Shown: positions 1-11,590 of the stretch, in pieces
Layout of the letters: the number at the start of each line of letters is the position of its first letter
Position numbering within the stretch: the stretch's first letter is position 1
The notes under the pieces: model-generated
Seen by the model: only the letters and a program-made list of their open reading frames with translations
The model's database searches: none
What the model was told of the DNA's origin: nothing
Assembly (NCBI GenBank): GCA_032718475.1
Contig: JAUCBJ010003511.1
Coordinates: forward strand, 12,910-76,909
DNA from: Nemertoderma westbladi
Lineage: Eukaryota > Animalia > Xenacoelomorpha
Reading direction: 5' to 3'
Length of the DNA stretch: 64,000 nt
Program-made: the position numbers and the translations under genes

Positions 1-315
1 AAGCTCCGGAAATGCGAGTCCCCAGAGCTAGTAGTATGTGTTTTTGGTGATTAGATGTACAGGAGCCTAGGTGTTGTAGGTCTAGATAAGTAATGTTAGA
101 TGAATAAAACGGTTCTGCAGTGATCGCTGTGTACAAGGCATAGTGGAATGTAAGTAACGAGTGTAGTGATAGTGGAATGGAAATAGGCCTTGTAAGTAAA
201 TAAAGCAAGCAAAAAGAACAGCAAGAGCAGAAAAGTAACACACAAATTTTTGCACACTACATTTATCCCTCGATAAATGTAAACTGATGTTGAAATTATA
301 TTCCCATCATTCCTA

Positions 316-2739
316 CAGTCCCGCTCACCAACAGAGTGCCATCGGATCCGATCTGAACAGATCGGATCCAACAGCTTCAAACACTTTCAGACAAACTCTA
401 ACAGTCCAACAACTTCAAACAGATTCAGACAGCTTCAAACAAATTCACACAGTTTCAAACAGAATCAGACAACTTCCAACAACCTGTCAATCACTCCACC
501 CACACACAACTCCAACTCAACTCCCATCTTCTTGCGCGCAGACAGAGTGAAAGCGTTTGAAACTACTAAAGGAACTCCATACATAAAGCCACAATAACGA
601 CGTGGACTGGCCACTGGCGGCGCCCTTGAGCGTGAACATTCACACTGTAACTTAAGCCGACCTGAAGGAACAGCCCATTAGTGAGGTCGGTATTTCTCTT
701 TATTCCTGTCGCTATCTTTGTATAACACAATAGCAGAAAGCTAACCAGTGGTCTACCCCCAATACAAGAAAGCCAAGTTGGCTACCATTGAAATGAATGG
801 GGAATGGAATTCTGTGTTCACATACTAATGTCGCTTTGGGTTGGTCTAAACAGAGCCATACAATAGAGCTTTACCAAAATACAAGAGCCAAGCAGCCGCG
901 GTATAGGTCCAAAATGCCCATGTAGAATTTCTTCGAATAAGGCTCAATTTCGTTAACTTACATTAATTAAAATACTGATAGATATATTTTGCTTTTCGCG
1001 GGAGAGAACAGTCTCCCCCTCTGCAGTTAATATAGTGTACGTACATTGTGTTAATTATATCGTTGCGTTTATTTATATTTATACAGGTTTGGATATGATC
1101 TGTACTAGTTTGATTTTTGTTTTGTCAATTAATTGTGCAGTTAATTTGTCAATCACAGCCTTAATTGGCTACATTGCTTCTTGTATGAATGAATATAATT
1201 GGTTATTAAGACATTATTTTAATTAGTATCTGGTGTGATTAGGTCTACCTTTTACATAACAACAGTACGGCAATGGCGGATATACATTAATTACATCATA
1301 ATATGGCAGTTACGTGAAAACATGTAAGGGCCTTCACATTCCCAATTCTGTAACTAATCTATTATGTTGTTCAATACTACTTTATGATATTCATTCACAT
1401 TTAACATTAACAGCCACGTTTTATCACCCCCCCCCCCCCCCTTCCCTCCCCCTCCAATGTGACAAACTATCACGATATGTTGGCGTTGGGCCCCATCCCT
1501 ACGACCACCCTCCCTTGCGAAGGGTTAGGGGGGTCTTTCGACCCAAAGGGTAGTGATAATATTCAAAATAAATTATTAATTAAATAAATAATTAAATTAA
1601 ATATTCAAAATGTAATACGTAATTTTATTCTTAAATTGGTACTTTTGGATGCTCAATTATTTAATGTAAGATAGAGCGATATTGTGTTACAAAATAAACT
1701 GAACTGTAGTAATTTTACTGTATTGCTTCCATAGTTTCTGCAAATGAGCAAAACAAATTATGAACTCCTTAGTGAACTGCCTTACTCAATGTTAAATAAT
1801 TTAATGTACTCGAATATTTCTTACGTAACTAAGGAACCGCTTAACAACATAAACCAATATTGGATATTGAGTCCGTTTCGAAGTTCGCCTTGCAGAGACT
1901 AAAGTTGCAATAACTTTTGAGTGTGTGAATATAATTTACTCAAATAGGGTAGGTGCGCGAAAAATAGTTGGATTAGAAGTATTACGTGCAAACATTTCTA
2001 TTTCGATGCGCTTTCAACACAACTAATAAAATTTACCAAAAATATTTTTTTCACTCATTGTAAAATTATAGTTACTGTTTGCTTAATCTGTTTGTGTTTA
2101 TATCTGTTTATGTGCAGTATTTATTGCCCTACGTCAAAGAAACTAATATATTATAGCATTATTTACATTTCTAATTAAGGAATTAAAAACGTGTTGGTGT
2201 TATTATATTCATTTATCGGAATTTATATTATAGGAATTAATATTCCTTTCTGCATGCTAATTAATTAATTGATATAATTAACGACATAATTATGTAAATA
2301 AAAATTGTTAAATGAAACAAATCTTTGTTTCGATTTATAATTGACAATAGCACACCCTCACAATCACTTCAAATTGAGAGTAAAAGTGATTGACATTTTG
2401 TTAACGAACTACACTTTTGTAAGGCATTGGTAAATTCCAACAATTTCCGATGGCGTCAAACAGCTTCAGACAAATTCAAACAGCTTCAGACAATTTCAAA
2501 CATCTTCAGACAATTTCAAACAACTTCAGATAGCTTCCAACAACATCCAACAGAAATTTCAAACACTTTCAGATGGATTTCAGACAGATTCAGATGGGCT
2601 CCAACAGACTAAACTTGTTGGAAATATTTTCTCCAACAGAATCAAACAGTACTAAATCTCCGCATTGTGCTTGTTTGAAGCTGTCAGAGTGTGTTGGATC
2701 CGATAGGATCCGATGGCACTCTGTTGGTGAGCGGGACTG
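316..2739. mobile_element. Non-autonomous Tc1/mariner-type DNA transposon (34-bp TIRs, TA target duplication)
   Basis: CAGTCCCGCTCACCAACAGAGTGCCATCGGATCC at 316-349 is the exact reverse complement of 2706-2739. TA flanks both ends (314-315, 2740-2741). CAGT termini plus a TA TSD are typical of Tc1/mariner. No transposase ORF inside. Confidence 0.85.
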
Positions 2740-2828
2740 TAGTTGCTGAACCTGGAGCCTCTGCATTAGGGTGGGTCATAAAAATCAAAAGTCCACGAAT
2801 TACATAGGAACTTACCCAAAAGGTGAGG

Positions 2829-3140
2829 TTATGTGTCCATAAAACATGGACGTTTGATAATAGGATTACTATTATCTTTTATGAAAAATGCCCCGTTAAA
2901 TTCGGGCTCCAAAACAGCCACTGTCGATCCAATCCCCATGTCATCAAATCTAAGAATGTTTGCAGGCCTCGCCAATGTTGTGGTAAACAGGAGGGCAATA
3001 CTACCCCCAACATTTGCCAATACTATCGTTCTGTCGAACCGTTTCTCCATGGAAATGTTCGTACGTTTGCTGGCGTTTCGCATTTTGTTAAATTCAATAC
3101 AGTGACGATGACCACTTGTCATCCATGACTGGTTCATCAC
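2829..3140 (-). pseudogene. Fragment of unassigned repeated gene (possible OB-fold), copy A
   Basis: RFDRTIVLANVGGSIALLFTT...LRFDDMGIGSTVAVLEPEFNGAFFI aligns by eye with 31442-31750 (-) and 63770-64000 (+). Confidence 0.55.
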
Positions 3141-5754
3141 CCGTTAGAAGCCAAGCGCTTATCAGCCCATTGAAGGACCTCCTTTCGAAGGGATGTTCCC
3201 CAATCACCGCGTTATCCATAATCTGCATAAAATAGTTGTAATTATTTCTATATTTTGTTTATTTTTATATTTTATATTTGTATTTTATATTAATTAAGTA
3301 AATTAATGAATTAAAATGAAACTTTATGACGTAAATATAACTACATAATTTATACCACATATTAAGGATAGGTGTAGAGAACATCCACCGTTGGAAATCC
3401 TCCAACATATTCCCCTCCCGACTCGAATCCCGAAATGGAAGTAGATATGTTCAACGTTGATGAGATCAATGACGAGGACATTGTAGCTACATTTGAACAA
3501 AAGGGAGTGGTTGGCCCTACATTATTCGCAATTAGATATTCTGGAATGTTTTGAATTAAAATTAATTGTTTCGGCATAACCTACCTATATTGTTAACATT
3601 GTTCATGCAATATTTTTTTACTAGCTATTGATATAATCTATTTGAAATCTATAATGTTTTATAACTATTTATTTATGATTGGGTCGCAATTGTTCGGGTT
3701 GCAATTGTCCGGGTGGACAAAACTTCATAATTATTACATAAATTTAAATTTAAAACAAAAGATATTGAAAATTAAATCTAAAATAACCTGTTACTTCGAG
3801 TCTGATAGCGTGAATTTTATTTATCATTTTTGAATAGGTTTAATTATTGTTTTCAACTATAATACATATGCCTAAATTTAAAAACACTTACTCTCATCTG
3901 GTTTAGTGTGAAAAAGAGCGACGTGAACTGCCACGACGAAAATACGTGTGGCAGAACATAGACCAGACGATCGGTAGTGATGTCCTGCAACAGGAACAAC
4001 ATTTCAGGACAAACATGTCCTGAAAGTTGCCCATCCCCTTAAGTCCACGGCAAACCCCCCCCCCCCCCCCACAGACTTTCTGCATTGTCGATGTAAATGA
4101 TGAAAATTTGTTTTCTAGACAACATCGAGCCAGACATGTAAGGGGACACTTACACACAGTTCAAAGGCGGAACAGCTGGGGAAACAGAAAGTCATACTTA
4201 ATAGAAAAACTGAAGACAGGCATTATAAACAATCCGACAGACAAAAATGTATTTGAGCCTTTAGCTTGTGCGGTCCATTGACTATTGATTTATATACATC
4301 ACTTAAGGACTACAAAGACTTTGTAAACAAAAAGAGGAAAAAATACTATGAAATCATAAAGAAAAGGGAATACCCACAGGCCAGAGAACAACAAGCACAA
4401 TTGGATACAGCCACGACTAATCTTGATGAACATGAATCACATACTGCGTGCGGCAAGACGGGTTGTCCCATGGAAAGGTAAAAAATTATTCACCCAACAA
4501 ACAAAGAATACTGTGTTGCGAACACATGTGCAACTTACAAAGCACACAAAAAAAACAAAAATGCAATGAATCCAACTTAGTAACCAAGGCCTGTGATTAG
4601 CTAATTTAGAATTCATAAGCTGTTTGTAGTTGAAAACTTTCTGGATGCCAAGAATGGATTGTACTATTAATAATAAATTCAGACGTAACTAAGTATTTCA
4701 TTACGGAAAACAATTAACAAAAAATATGTGAATGCTACTTTTTAATATTATAAAATTGGATTCTTGTTTAAATCAAACAAACATGTAAATAATGAGTTCT
4801 GTGGTGTACATTATCATACATTATCTGGCCCTCAAGCATAGCTGCATAGACCTTGCTTCTTTGTATCTTGACGTAGTGGACATTGGCCTTGTATTGTTCA
4901 TATCCAACCAGTGTCTATCTCTCTCTGGGAAGCCAAGCACATAAGGTAGACTCCATTATGTGGTTTACTTTTACTGGTAGTAGGTGCCACCAGCACCACC
5001 ACAGCACTGTCGTGTGTATGAACAGACATGTCTTGATTATGTGGATTCTATTAGACATATTTTATTTAATTTTGTCAAACATATCAACAATATGCGTATA
5101 CATACCGAATACGGTATGTATTCGGATCTACCACAGCAGTAACACTTAAGAGGGAAATTGTAGTCGGAAATATCCTAACTCAAAAAATGGGGAGGAGATG
5201 GGAAAGAGTTGTAGTGACATAATTCTACATTTGAAAGGGGTATATTCACACATATCTCAAAAGTTAGGCGAGGCTGCTAGTACATATAAAATAATACACC
5301 AAAATCACACATACATTTTCGCAACTGGACAGTCGTACATAAAGTATCTCGATAATAATAGTGGGAGGTAGGGGGGTGGGTGATAAATATTTATATAGTT
5401 TAATAAAAATATACTAACGGAGAAACAGACAAACCAAAATAAATTTCATGTCGATGATCAAAAAAAACAACTGTAAAATAATTTATTAATTTTTAAAACT
5501 TTTATTAATAAAATTAACTAACATTCATTGCAGCATTCCCAATGAACATGGCGGTAAAGACAATTTTTGACAATTTTCAAGATATGGTATTTTGCCTTAT
5601 CTCGGAAGTATAGCGTTAAAAAATTTATACAAATACAATATTTTAAAAATACAAATAAAATAAATAAAATAATATGGCTACTGCAAGCTATACTCTAAAT
5701 AAGTGAATTATAAATTTAGTGTGAATGATATTCACATTTTAAATTGCATTTGCA

Positions 5755-5975
5755 TACCTGCCCACTGCCTGAAACCAAACTGTTGTGTTGGAGACACACT
5801 CGTTATATGCAACTTCGGCGGCTCAAAGACCCGTTGACCCATTTCATCCACCGTCGAAGTCGACGACTTGGACCAGCCACAGATATCCCATCCTCCCCCG
5901 TAGCGAGCGACCTCCGCTTGATCATGAGCACGAAGCTCCTCATTGCTAATCCTCTGATCAATACACTATATTGGA
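5755..5975 (-). pseudogene. Short coding-like fragment, possibly the C-terminal part of the same unassigned gene
   Basis: GC-richer island in AT-rich DNA. The minus frame reads IDQRISNEELRAHDQAEVARYGGGWDICGWSKSSTSTVDEMGQRVFEPPKLHITSVSP. The link to the other fragments is inference only. Confidence 0.3.
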
Positions 5976-6469
5976 AGGAAGTTTAATAATATAATTATAC
6001 GAAGTTCTACTATTTAATATTGTTACTATTACTACTATAAGTAAGCATCCAACTCATATTAGCCTTAAAAAAAATTATCAGACGACTAATATAACTGTAA
6101 ATAATTTGGCTTAGAATTTGCATACCATGTAATAGGGACCTTACGCTTACATGTATGCAGTAGCGTGTGGGCGTAGCTATTGGTGCAGGCGTAGGTGTGA
6201 AAACTTATGTCGGATATTCTTAATCAATTTCGATAAATGTACGTTTTCAAAAGTTCTATTATGGTAATTAAAATATTCAGCATTAGGCGTCCTACTAACA
6301 GCCTCATTTAATATAAAAACATTAATTGTATATTCTTAAAAATTTTTATCATAAGTGAATTATCATGAAGTAGGCCTACTTTTTGCAAATACGAAAAATT
6401 ATGTGGTAGTCAACTCAACTCGCAAAGTATTACTGAACCTTTATTCCATTTGTCTATACATACACGTTC

Positions 6470-7079
6470 GTGGGGACTTCGCGCAGCACGTAGTCGGCAA
6501 GCCTTGGTATACGGTTCATATAGAGCAAATGGGGCATGTCTAGTTTGGACCCCATATCCCATGCTATAAATGTATTCATTCGATATACAATCATATGTTA
6601 ATCCGCTAGGTGGTGTCAAATTGTTATTCTGCAATTTCGTACTTACCAGTGCAGCACTGTACAGCAGTACCGTACCGGTAGGCCTATGTCATTACTTCTG
6701 AGTCTCTAGCGGATCCCCAATTAAATGTCTTAACTTTTCAATTTCGTAAAAGATAGACTTCATGATTCTCTACAGGCCACCAAAATTTCAGCTCAGGAAA
6801 ATGAGGCCTTCCCGAGAAATTTAACATTTTCTAAAAACCACATAAACTGTCGTAGCTGACGACAGACTGCATGATTTTTCACCAAACTTTACAAACTTTC
6901 TAAACTTTCTCTCTACTACTTACCTACTAAGTTTGGTTCAATTCCGAACCAGCGATGCCGAGAAATTCGCGTTCAAACATTTACCAGACAGACAGACAGA
7001 CAGACAGACAGACGGACATGCCCCATTTGCCCTATATGAACCGTATGCCAAGGCTCGCCGACTACGTGTCTCGCCCCAC
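6470..7079. mobile_element. Non-autonomous element with ~65-bp imperfect inverted termini and internal (GACA)n (MITE or DINE-1/HINE-like)
   Basis: 6470-6540 (gtgggga...cacgtagtcggcaagccttggtatacggttcatatagagcaaatggggcatgtc) is the imperfect reverse complement of 7015-7079. (acag)n at ~6985-7015 abuts the right arm. Confidence 0.75.
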
Positions 7080-7549
7080 AGTTGATTTAGGAAACATTAC
7101 ATATCAATGCTAAAATAGCAATGCTGTTTATATCTATTCATAAACTAATTACTAACGTTCAAGTACTCTCCTTCTACGAACAACAGTGTGAATGAGTTCG
7201 AATTGAAGGGCTCATGTCGCAGAGGCACTCCCTTCTCGTTGACAGCCTGTGGAATATCAATATCTGTCGATATTACCCACCTCCTTTCCTTTGAATATGT
7301 TGTGGAATAACAGGGACATGTATGGAACAAACCATACGTGCCCTCACACATCACCCCACTACAAACTGAGGTTAGGCGAATCTACAATTAAAATTAGTAA
7401 CAATACAGTAAATACTAGACTAAGTGTAGGTCCCTCATGAGGAAGAAGAGAAGATCAGGTCTTCGATCATGGGCAACACAACTGATGGCCAAGGATCTGT
7501 CTACTTTCACGTTCAACGAACTGGAATTGCATCAACGCTATGCTGGTAA

Positions 7550-9062
7550 CTCAAAAGGATATTGAAAAGGTAGACCAAGATATTTACACAATTGTTGATA
7601 TTGATCAAATTTAGAAGGCGATTTTTGATGCCAATTCTTATCATAGTGTATTAAATAAATATATTTATGAGATAAAATTGTCTCTGTCTAAGGTAAAAAC
7701 TTCTGAGGAAGCTGAAGCTACTTTTTTTACATTCTGATCCCGTAGCCACAGGATCAACCAATATAACTCCACGCATTTACCAAAATTAGATCTTCAAAAA
7801 TTTGATGGTAACGTAGAAGAAATAGTTTTGAATCCGTTGTCCACAAAACCAATCTACCAGCTATAAAAAAGTTTCAATACTTGCATAGTATAGTACCTTA
7901 GATGGCGCAGCAAAGATATCATGCAAAGGTTTGTCCTTGACTTCAGATAATTATCCGGTGGCTATTAAATTGCTTAAGGATCGTTTTTTAGAAAATGAAA
8001 AGATAATTGATTCACATATGGATAAATTAGAATCCATTGATGCTGTTACCTCTACCAATGCAAGGGTATTAAGGAATTTTTTAGACAAATGTCTTGTCCA
8101 CATTAGATCTTTGGAATCTCTGGGTTTAGATCAACAGTGCTTGGGAATTTCAATTACGAGTAAGATACTAGAAAAGGTCCCTGAAGAAATCAGGTTGGAA
8201 ACAATGCAGCAATGCAAACAAAACAAAACGAATCCAAGGGATCTGGCAAAAGTATTAGAATATCTAGATAACGAAATTGAAAATAGGGAATTAATTGAAA
8301 TTACTACACCCAAGACTATTTGTAAACCAGCAAATAAATACCAAGATCAACAACAAACAGCGAAAGCATATAAATCAGTTCCTACAATGTCTGCTTGTGT
8401 TTTTAATGCTGAAAAACGAACAAGAGAATTTGTAGATCAAGACCAATTTGTGTTTATTGCAAAACTGTCAATCATAAATCAGATGCTTGTGATGTGGTCA
8501 CTGGTATTTCTAAAAGAAAAGAATTGCTCGTAAAAGAAGGCCGCTGCTATAATTGTATCGAACTAAAACATACCAAGGCTTTTTGTAAAAGCCGTGGTCG
8601 ATGTAAACATTGTAAAGGTAGACATCATAGTTCAATTTGCGAAAATTCTAATAGAATTTCAAACGCAACAACTTCTGTATCAAATTCCAATAACGATAAT
8701 TTATGTCTTTCCAGTAATATTTCTAGTGAAGTTTTACAGGCTGAAGCTATGGAAAACGTCATATACACGACGTCTATAAAGAGAGGACCTCGAGCAGGGT
8801 GCTACTGTGAACAGCTCGAGTTGATTGTGTTAATCCAAAAACTGGAATGACAATGCCGGTTCGGGTATTCTTTGATCCAGGAAGTCATCAATCTTACATA
8901 GTAGAGAGGGTTCACTGTGAGTTGGAATTACAAAGCATTGATAACGTTAACATTAATATTAATACATTTATGTCGGAACAATTTGAGCATAAACAACTAA
9001 ACCTTGTGGAATGCATTTTAAAGAAAGAAAATCATTATCGCCCCCTAGCTGCAGACAATTGA
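7550..9062 (+). mobile_element. BEL/Pao LTR retrotransposon gag-protease, frameshifted and 3'-truncated
   Basis: LPKLDLQKFDGN (~7780). DUF1759-like DNYPVAIKLLKDRF...IRSLESLG. Triple zinc knuckle CVYC..H...C / CYNC...H...C...CKHCKGRHHSSIC. Protease-like FFDPGSHQSYI. Confidence 0.88.
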
Positions 9063-9079
9063 ATATTACAGTCTAGGAT

Positions 9080-9642
9080 TCATTTCGTTCTATTTGTATT
9101 ACTGCACCCACTAGAGGGACCTACCACACTAACCTTATCTACATATGTATGAAGATCACCAGAAGTACCTCCACTCACACAATCTAATGGCACAGACACA
9201 CCAGAACTCTCAGCCACACGCCCAGCATTATCATCACCCACACGTACATCATCCACAACACAAACACCACCACTGACAATTGAATTCTTCTCAATAGTTA
9301 ATTCAGTAGAATTAACATCTACCATCAGTTTATGTATTGTTTTTTCGTTAACCTCCTTTCCCATCTTTCTGACAAATGCAACTAATAGATTGCACCAAGC
9401 GACTTACATTTCATCGATTTTATTTCCAGGTCCACTATCTCTGATTCTAATGTCGTATTGGATCGTTTTGCTATCTTAACCAACTGTCCAGCTTTGTTTG
9501 GTGATATTTTGTGTGTTGATGTTAGATGATCTTTTAAATATTTTAATGTTTTAGAATCAATAGGGCATACTTTCTCGTGGCGAGTTGGTATTTTCGTTGC
9601 GTTTGCAGCCTCGGACTCATTGGAGTAACCTTGATTAGACAT
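9080..9642 (-). pseudogene. Degenerate ORF with N-terminal C2H2-like finger
   Basis: CPIDSKTLKYLKDHLTSTH resembles the finger CPVDGC...YLLSHLKHH at the start of the YR gene (47490-47614). The second Cys is missing here. Confidence 0.35.
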
Positions 9643-9865
9643 CTAATAAAAAAAATTATATATACTAAATACAATTAAAAAATTATTATATTCATGCAAT
9701 AATAAACTGTCTCAGTGGATCTGTCCCATTTTAACCAATATAATTAAAAACCCACCCACCACCCTAAGCATGCACTCCCTGGGATCCCCTCTGGTAGTCT
9801 GGCAAAATTTAAAAAATATGTTATAGTGTTTGTAACTTACTTGAATTATTGTTATTGCAGTATCA

Positions 9866-10832
9866 TAAGAAAGAAGAATCATAAGCAGAAATCAGGAAAG
9901 AAGAATCATAAGCAGAAATCAGGAAAGAAGAAGCATAAGCAGAAATCAGGAAAGAAGAATCATAAGCAGAAATCAGGAAAGAAGAATTATAAGCAGAAAT
10001 CAGGAAAGAAGAATCATAAGCAGAAATCAGGAAAGAAGAAGCATAAGCAGAAATCAGGAAAGAAGAATCATAAGCAGAAATCAGGAAAGAAGAATCATAA
10101 GCAGAAATCAGGAAAGAAGAATCATAAGCAGAAATCAGGAAAGAAGAATCATAAGCAGAAATCAGGAAAGAAGAAGCATAAGCAGAAATCAGGAAAGAAG
10201 AATCATAAGCAGAAATCAGGAAAGAAGAATCATAAGCAGAAATCAGGAAAGAAGAATCATAAGCAGAAATCAGGAAAGAAGAAGCATAAGCAGAAATCAG
10301 GAAAGAAGAATCATAAGCAGAAATCAGGAAAGAAGAATCATAAGCAGAAATCAGGAAAGAAGAATCATAAGCAGAAATCAGGAAAGAAGAATCATAAGCA
10401 GAAATCAGGAAAGAAGAAGCATAAGCAGAAATCAGGAAAGAAGAATCATAAGCAGAAATCAGGAAAGAAGAATCATAAGCAGAAATCAGGAAAGAAGGAT
10501 CATAAGCAGAAATCAGGAAAGAAGAAGCATAAGCAGAAATCAGGAAAGAAGAATCATAAGCAGAAATCAGGAAAGAAGAATCATAAGCAGAAATCAGGAA
10601 AGAAGAATCATAAGCAGAAATCAGGAAAGAAGAATCATAAGCAGAAATCAGGAAAGAAGAAGCATAAGCAGAAATCAGGAAAGAAGAATCATAAGCAGAA
10701 ATCAGGAAAGAAGAATCATAAGCAGAAATCAGGAAAGAAGAATCATAAGCAGAAATCAGGAAAGAAGAATCATAAGCAGAAATCAGGAAAGAAGAATCAT
10801 AAGCAGAAATCAGGAAAGAAGAAGCATAAGTA
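9866..10832. repeat. 27-bp minisatellite, ~36 copies (AAGAAGAATCATAAGCAGAAATCAGGA)
   Basis: Direct reading. An AAGAAGAAGCAT variant recurs every 3-6 units. Confidence 0.97.
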
Positions 10833-10977
10833 TTGATATGCAGCAGATGTAATATCGAATTATTGAGATATTGAGATATATCAAGATATATATTGAGAGT
10901 TGACTAAGAAATATTGAGTGATGAATGCATCACTACATCAAATTTCCATAAAATACATACAATATCATAAAGCGTTG

Positions 10978-11590
10978 AAATAGCATAGCATAGCATAGCA
11001 TAGCATAGCATAGCATAGCATAGCATAGCATTGCATTGCATTGCATAGTATTGCATAGCATTGCATAGCATAGCATAGCATAGCATAGCATAGCATAGCA
11101 TAGCATAGCATAGCATTGCATTGCATTGCATAGCATTGCATAGCATTGCATAGCATTGCATAGCATGCATTGCATTGCATAGCATTGCATAGCATAGCAT
11201 TGCATAGCATTGCATTGCATAGCATAGCATTGCATTGCATAGCATTGCATAGCATTGCATAGCATTGCATAGCATAGCATAGCATAGCATAGCGTAGCAT
11301 AGCATATCATAGCATTGCATAGCATAGCATTGCATAGCATTGTATAGCATAGCATTGCATAGCATTGCATAGCATTGCATAGCATTGCATAGCATAGCAT
11401 TGCATAGCATTGCATAGCATTGCATAGCATTGCATAGCATTGCATAGCATTGCATAGCATTGCATAGCATTGCATAGCATTGTAAAGCATTGCATAGCAT
11501 TGCATAGCATAGCATTGCATAGCATTGCATAGCATTGCATAGCATAGCATAGCACAGCCACAGCATAGCATAGCATAGCATAGCATAGCA
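10978..11590. repeat. Compound pentanucleotide microsatellite (TAGCA)n/(TTGCA)n
   Basis: Direct reading. The CYAML/CNAMQ ORFs are translation artefacts. Confidence 0.97.
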
